A DNA stretch of 18,197 bases from the NCBI GenBank assembly GCA_048939245.1, contig JBHLPR010000044.1, forward strand, positions 1 through 18,197, given 5' to 3'. The translations under genes were made by a program, and so were the position numbers. The DNA comes from Promethearchaeota archaeon. GTDB taxonomy: Archaea > Asgardarchaeota > Hermodarchaeia > Hermodarchaeales > Hermodarchaeaceae. The notes under the pieces were generated by a model, which did not search any database, was not told where the DNA came from, and was given only the letters and a program-made list of their open reading frames with translations. Positions 15,431 to 18,197 of the stretch are shown here, in pieces (positions within the stretch are counted from its first letter, which is position 1; the number at the start of each line of letters is the position of its first letter).

Positions 15431-15913
15431 TTACGTTTTGTGTCGGCACTTTTTGTTCTGATGTCTTCGGTGGAGAGCAAGAAGTGCAATGGGCACAAGA
15501 CCTGCGAGGGAGCCAAATGCCATCGGCAGCGCCTTGCGCCATTCTGTTAGTCGGTGTGGAATAACCACATATCCTGGGTCTGCTGGGGCATTTGCTGGGG
15601 TAAACGGAATCTGCACTTCTTCAAGAATTGCTTCCAATTCTGGTTGGGCAGGTCGACACGAATTCGGTCCCAGATGTTCAAAGTAATCACGAGAAATCTC
15701 GATTTCGGCGTCCACTCTCCCGTCGCTAAACCCCCGCACGTGCATCTCTAAGGTCTGATTTAGGCGCTTCACTAATCCAAATGTTTGACCCCGTTTGTAG
15801 AGCTGTAATACGCCTGGATTATAGAAACCACGTTGGACTAGCACCTCTTCAAGGTTGGGGAGGAAGGCAGGGGCAATGTGTGTCACCTCGGTTCCACTCA
15901 TTTGAGCCTGCAA
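15431..15913 (-). CDS. Hypothetical protein with C-terminal TM anchor and basic tail
   Basis: 160-aa ORF, AGGAG SD before the TTG. Globular domain with MHVRGFSDGRVDAEIE..YFEHL, then a hydrophobic helix and HRRHQNKK. Confidence 0.72.
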   Translation of the reverse strand: MQAQMSGTEVTHIAPAFLPNLEEVLVQRGFYNPGVLQLYKRGQTFGLVKRLNQTLEMHVRGFSDGRVDAEIEISRDYFEHLGPNSCRPAQPELEAILEEVQIPFTPANAPADPGYVVIPHRLTEWRKALPMAFGSLAGLVPIALLALHRRHQNKKCRHKT

Positions 15914-16000
15914 AATCCTACTCCTTAAGCTTTAGCAATCATGGGATGCCTCGGTTCCTCTGTTGCAACGAATGCAAGGCTCGAAATTCCTTTCTTTTAT

Positions 16001-16624
16001 TCACTTGAGGGGTTTTCGTAATCGTAATTCGTCCCGAATTGGAATCTTTGCAACACCCGGCTGTAGTCCTCCCAGCTTCTCTCCAATGATATCAGGCACC
16101 ACTTCAAACAATTGAAAGCCTAATCGCTGATAAAACGCCAAAGCCGGTAAATTATCATTGGTTGTCACAACAAGTAATTGTTCGCGACCTGCATCCTTTG
16201 CAAACACTTCGACACGTGCAATAAGCGCTTTTCCGATACCCTTTCCCTGATATTCAGGAAGTACACCGACAGCCACAATAAGCACAGCATCATCACGGAA
16301 AGGTGTATAGAAGAGAAACCCTGCGATTTGGTTAGCACTCTCAGCGACAAAAGCTGGCTGTTCAACCACTGTGAAGGATTCATCAAACATTAGTTGCACT
16401 GGATCTCCCCAAAACAGGGTTACCAGCGCCTTCAGGGACTCGATATCCTCACAAAACGCCTGATGAATCTGGTATTCCTGCTGTTCAACTGAGTTACAAT
16501 TAATACATACAGCACGAATGCGAATATCCTGTGCACAGGCTAGCTGACCACATTTGGCACAGACATACTCGGCGGGATTCGAACAAAACGAACACTGCGC
16601 ATACTTTCCTGGCATGGCCATCAC
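16001..16624 (-). CDS. GNAT acetyltransferase with N-terminal Cys-rich zinc finger
   Basis: Acetyl-CoA motif VLPEYQGKGIGKALI and VTTNDNLPALAFYQRLGF. N-terminal CSFC-x7-CAKC-x4-C-x9-CINC. GAGGTG SD overlaps the first Met codon. Confidence 0.9.
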   Translation of the reverse strand: MMAMPGKYAQCSFCSNPAEYVCAKCGQLACAQDIRIRAVCINCNSVEQQEYQIHQAFCEDIESLKALVTLFWGDPVQLMFDESFTVVEQPAFVAESANQIAGFLFYTPFRDDAVLIVAVGVLPEYQGKGIGKALIARVEVFAKDAGREQLLVVTTNDNLPALAFYQRLGFQLFEVVPDIIGEKLGGLQPGVAKIPIRDELRLRKPLK

Positions 16625-16770
16625 CTCATCTAATGACTAGCTTCTAGAAAAAGAGTTAGCTTATTTGTAAATCTCTCCAATACGCTTCTATTTTAAGGGT
16701 AAATTTGAAAAATTGCTCGCTGCTCATGTATCAAGTTAGTAATAAAAAGCAGGAAGAGGAGGTCTAAGAT

Positions 16771-17268
16771 ATGAGGCGTTCTGGACTTATATTAGATATC
16801 GGTTCTGGTCGCTACCCAACTAAAGCTGATGTATCTATCGATATTAACCCCAATTCAGCTTGCGAAGTTATTGCTGATGTTCATTCCATGCCGTTCAGAA
16901 GTGATTCCTTCTCTTCAGTGATGATTTTTCAAACACTCGAACATCTCGAAGCACCAAGTAATGCACTTAGAGAAATTCATCGATGTTTAGAACCTCTTGG
17001 ACGTTTACATTGTTCAATTCCAAATATTATGTATTATCGCCGTTTTGTACGATGGGCGTTCAAAGGAAAGACGTCGGTAACTACTGGACACATCAATGCA
17101 TGGGGACTCCCTGAGCTAACAAATTTGTTGAGGTTAACAGGATTCTCTCTTAAATCACACACATTTGTTGGAACTCATTACCACCGCCAATCTCGGTTTA
17201 TTCGTCTTCTTCCCCGCATTACAAAGCATAACCTGTATGTGCTTGCAGAAAAACAGGAGATGTCTTAA
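16771..17268 (+). CDS. Class I SAM-dependent methyltransferase (Methyltransf_11-like)
   Basis: ILDIGSG, SIDI, ADVHSMPFRSDSF, TLEHLEAP..ALREIHRCLEPLG. GGAGGT SD. Confidence 0.9.
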   Translation: MRRSGLILDIGSGRYPTKADVSIDINPNSACEVIADVHSMPFRSDSFSSVMIFQTLEHLEAPSNALREIHRCLEPLGRLHCSIPNIMYYRRFVRWAFKGKTSVTTGHINAWGLPELTNLLRLTGFSLKSHTFVGTHYHRQSRFIRLLPRITKHNLYVLAEKQEMS

Positions 17269-17406
17269 GTTAGACAGGTAGATTGTTCCTATATGGAAGA
17301 AATGCCTAATACCTAGATAAGACCACAATCGAGATGACCATCGGATATAGTGAGATGCTGATCTGAATAATGAATAGGCGTTTTTTAAATTGGATTAAGT
17401 TTCCAT

Positions 17407-17420
17407 AAGAGAGTTTATAA
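17407..17420 (+). promoter_or_regulatory. BRE/TATA-like promoter for the 17452 ORF
   Basis: AAGAGAG followed by TTTATAA, about 30 nt upstream of the start. Confidence 0.45.
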
Positions 17421-17451
17421 TCGCGAGTTCTGTACTAAATCATAGGGGGTC

Positions 17452-17676
17452 TTGATGGGCAAACGGAAATTACAAAGATTGGAAATGAATTCGAAACTTA
17501 CCTGGGCCGAGTGGCTCATAGATCGGAAAGAAACCCTCACCCCCAAAGAGGAGTTGATACCGGATTCGAATTTCATTCCGCATACTCGGGATTCTCATGG
17601 ATTCGCTGGTATGCCCGCTGCTTATAGTCCGGGCGTTCTCTGGAAATCCGCTAGACAACGAAAAAAGTCCCAATAA
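17452..17676 (+). CDS. Small hypothetical protein (73-74 aa)
   Basis: TTTATAA TATA-like box at 17414-17420 and GGGGGT SD-like sequence just before TTG-ATG. No recognisable domain. Confidence 0.5.
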   Translation: MMGKRKLQRLEMNSKLTWAEWLIDRKETLTPKEELIPDSNFIPHTRDSHGFAGMPAAYSPGVLWKSARQRKKSQ

Positions 17677-17715
17677 AATACCCGGGTATGAATTTATCAG
17701 CTGGCCCAGAGGCTT

Positions 17716-17821
17716 CTGAGAGAGCAGTAATTTTTCGTAGAAAAGAGAAAAGTGGGACCCGTGCCCAATCGCTCGAGCCCCAAGAGTTCTGGGCACGCGT
17801 AAGGATTACTGCAGATCTTAG
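17716..17821 (+). ncRNA. Candidate structured RNA (long interrupted hairpin), family unknown
   Basis: CTGAGA/TCTTAG; GCAGTAAT(17724-31)/ATTACTGC(17805-12) extended by TTTT/AAGG; CGTGCCCA(17760-67)/TGGGCACG(17790-97); GCTC/GAGT. Four G-U pairs that work only on the + strand. Confidence 0.4.
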
Positions 17822-18093
17822 TTGCGGCAAGCAAACCAATGAAGATACTTGACAACCTTTGCCTGCATTTGTGTCCTGTTCGCGGCCTGAGGATAATGAT
17901 ATTTGTGCAATTTGTATTTCACCGAAGAAAGCATAAGACTCCGCGTTATATAAGGCGGACTCACCATTTGGGCTCACTTTCTGAGGTCACAAAATGTAAC
18001 TATACTAACATGTTGTGAAATATTGACGGAATCTTGGCGCATTTCGAATAGTTAATAGCAAACATAGGAATATGCAGTTCCGGTGAGAAGGAA

Positions 18094-18197
18094 TTGCCAA
18101 CTCAAGAACCAGATTATTCGAATTACTTGATATATTTATCCCGAATTTCGGGTGTGGGCGGCCTTATGGCGGGCTTCCTCTTCACAGTCCTCACTTT
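18094..18197 (+). CDS. 5' part of a probable membrane protein (runs off the window; not in the ORF track)
   Basis: GGTGAGAAGGA SD-like sequence, then TTG. Open to the window end: MPTQEPDYSNYLIYLSRISGVGGLMAGFLFTVLT... Confidence 0.6.
   Translation, partial: MPTQEPDYSNYLIYLSRISGVGGLMAGFLFTVLT

Noticed and set aside
17683-17805. TPP riboswitch-like words (CGGGT..CTGAGA..ACCCG..GCGTAAGGA)
   Set aside because: The invariant ACCUGAU segment and the P4/P5 arm are absent; the alternative long hairpin explains the sequence better.
17658-17976. RNase P RNA-like P4 pairing (AAAGTCCCAA / TTGGGCTCA)
   Set aside because: Lacks the universally conserved GAGGAA and ACAGAA/ANAANA contexts and the internal conserved regions; the 5' part lies inside a plausible ORF.
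17651-17977. 108-aa - strand ORF ending IPGYFIGTFFVV (CTERM-like)
   Set aside because: No signal peptide, the hydrophobic tail is too short and lacks a basic end, and it overlaps + strand features; probably spurious.
1-18197. Alternative genetic code or general stop-codon reassignment
   Set aside because: Conserved genes end at their expected lengths with TGA, TAA and TAG; coding density is normal under code 11.

Overview
Gene-dense window that is archaeal by inference: GGAGG/GGTGA Shine-Dalgarno sites, TATA boxes, many TTG/GTG starts and an IPGFP-TM-basic C-terminal sorting-type tail, most consistent with an Asgard archaeon. It holds about 18 CDSs and no tRNA, rRNA, CRISPR array or transposase. 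Genes: a fused DppB-DppC-like peptide ABC permease that seems to lack both EAA coupling loops; an AmmeMemoRadiSam radical SAM enzyme (amrS); a co-oriented cluster of four cell-surface genes (7-bladed FG-GAP/integrin-alpha-like propeller, N-anchored acidic protein, 1094-aa Ig-like surface protein, small IPGFP-CTERM protein); DUF1801; an 8-TM protein; TIGR04076 plus Zn ribbon; a membrane-anchored Cys Ntn-hydrolase abutting an ECF S-component-like gene; a Zn-finger GNAT; a class I methyltransferase; and hypotheticals. The least explained signals are non-coding: (i) a degenerate structured element in at least 2 and probably 4 intergenic regions, with a GCAA-tetraloop stem and one compensatory base change; (ii) a short AAATNGAAACCAT-like motif upstream of four + strand envelope genes; (iii) a ~106-nt hairpin at 17716-17821 whose G-U pairs all favour a + strand RNA, overlapping a small ORF with an in-frame TGA. 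All family calls come from motif recognition by eye; no database searches were run.
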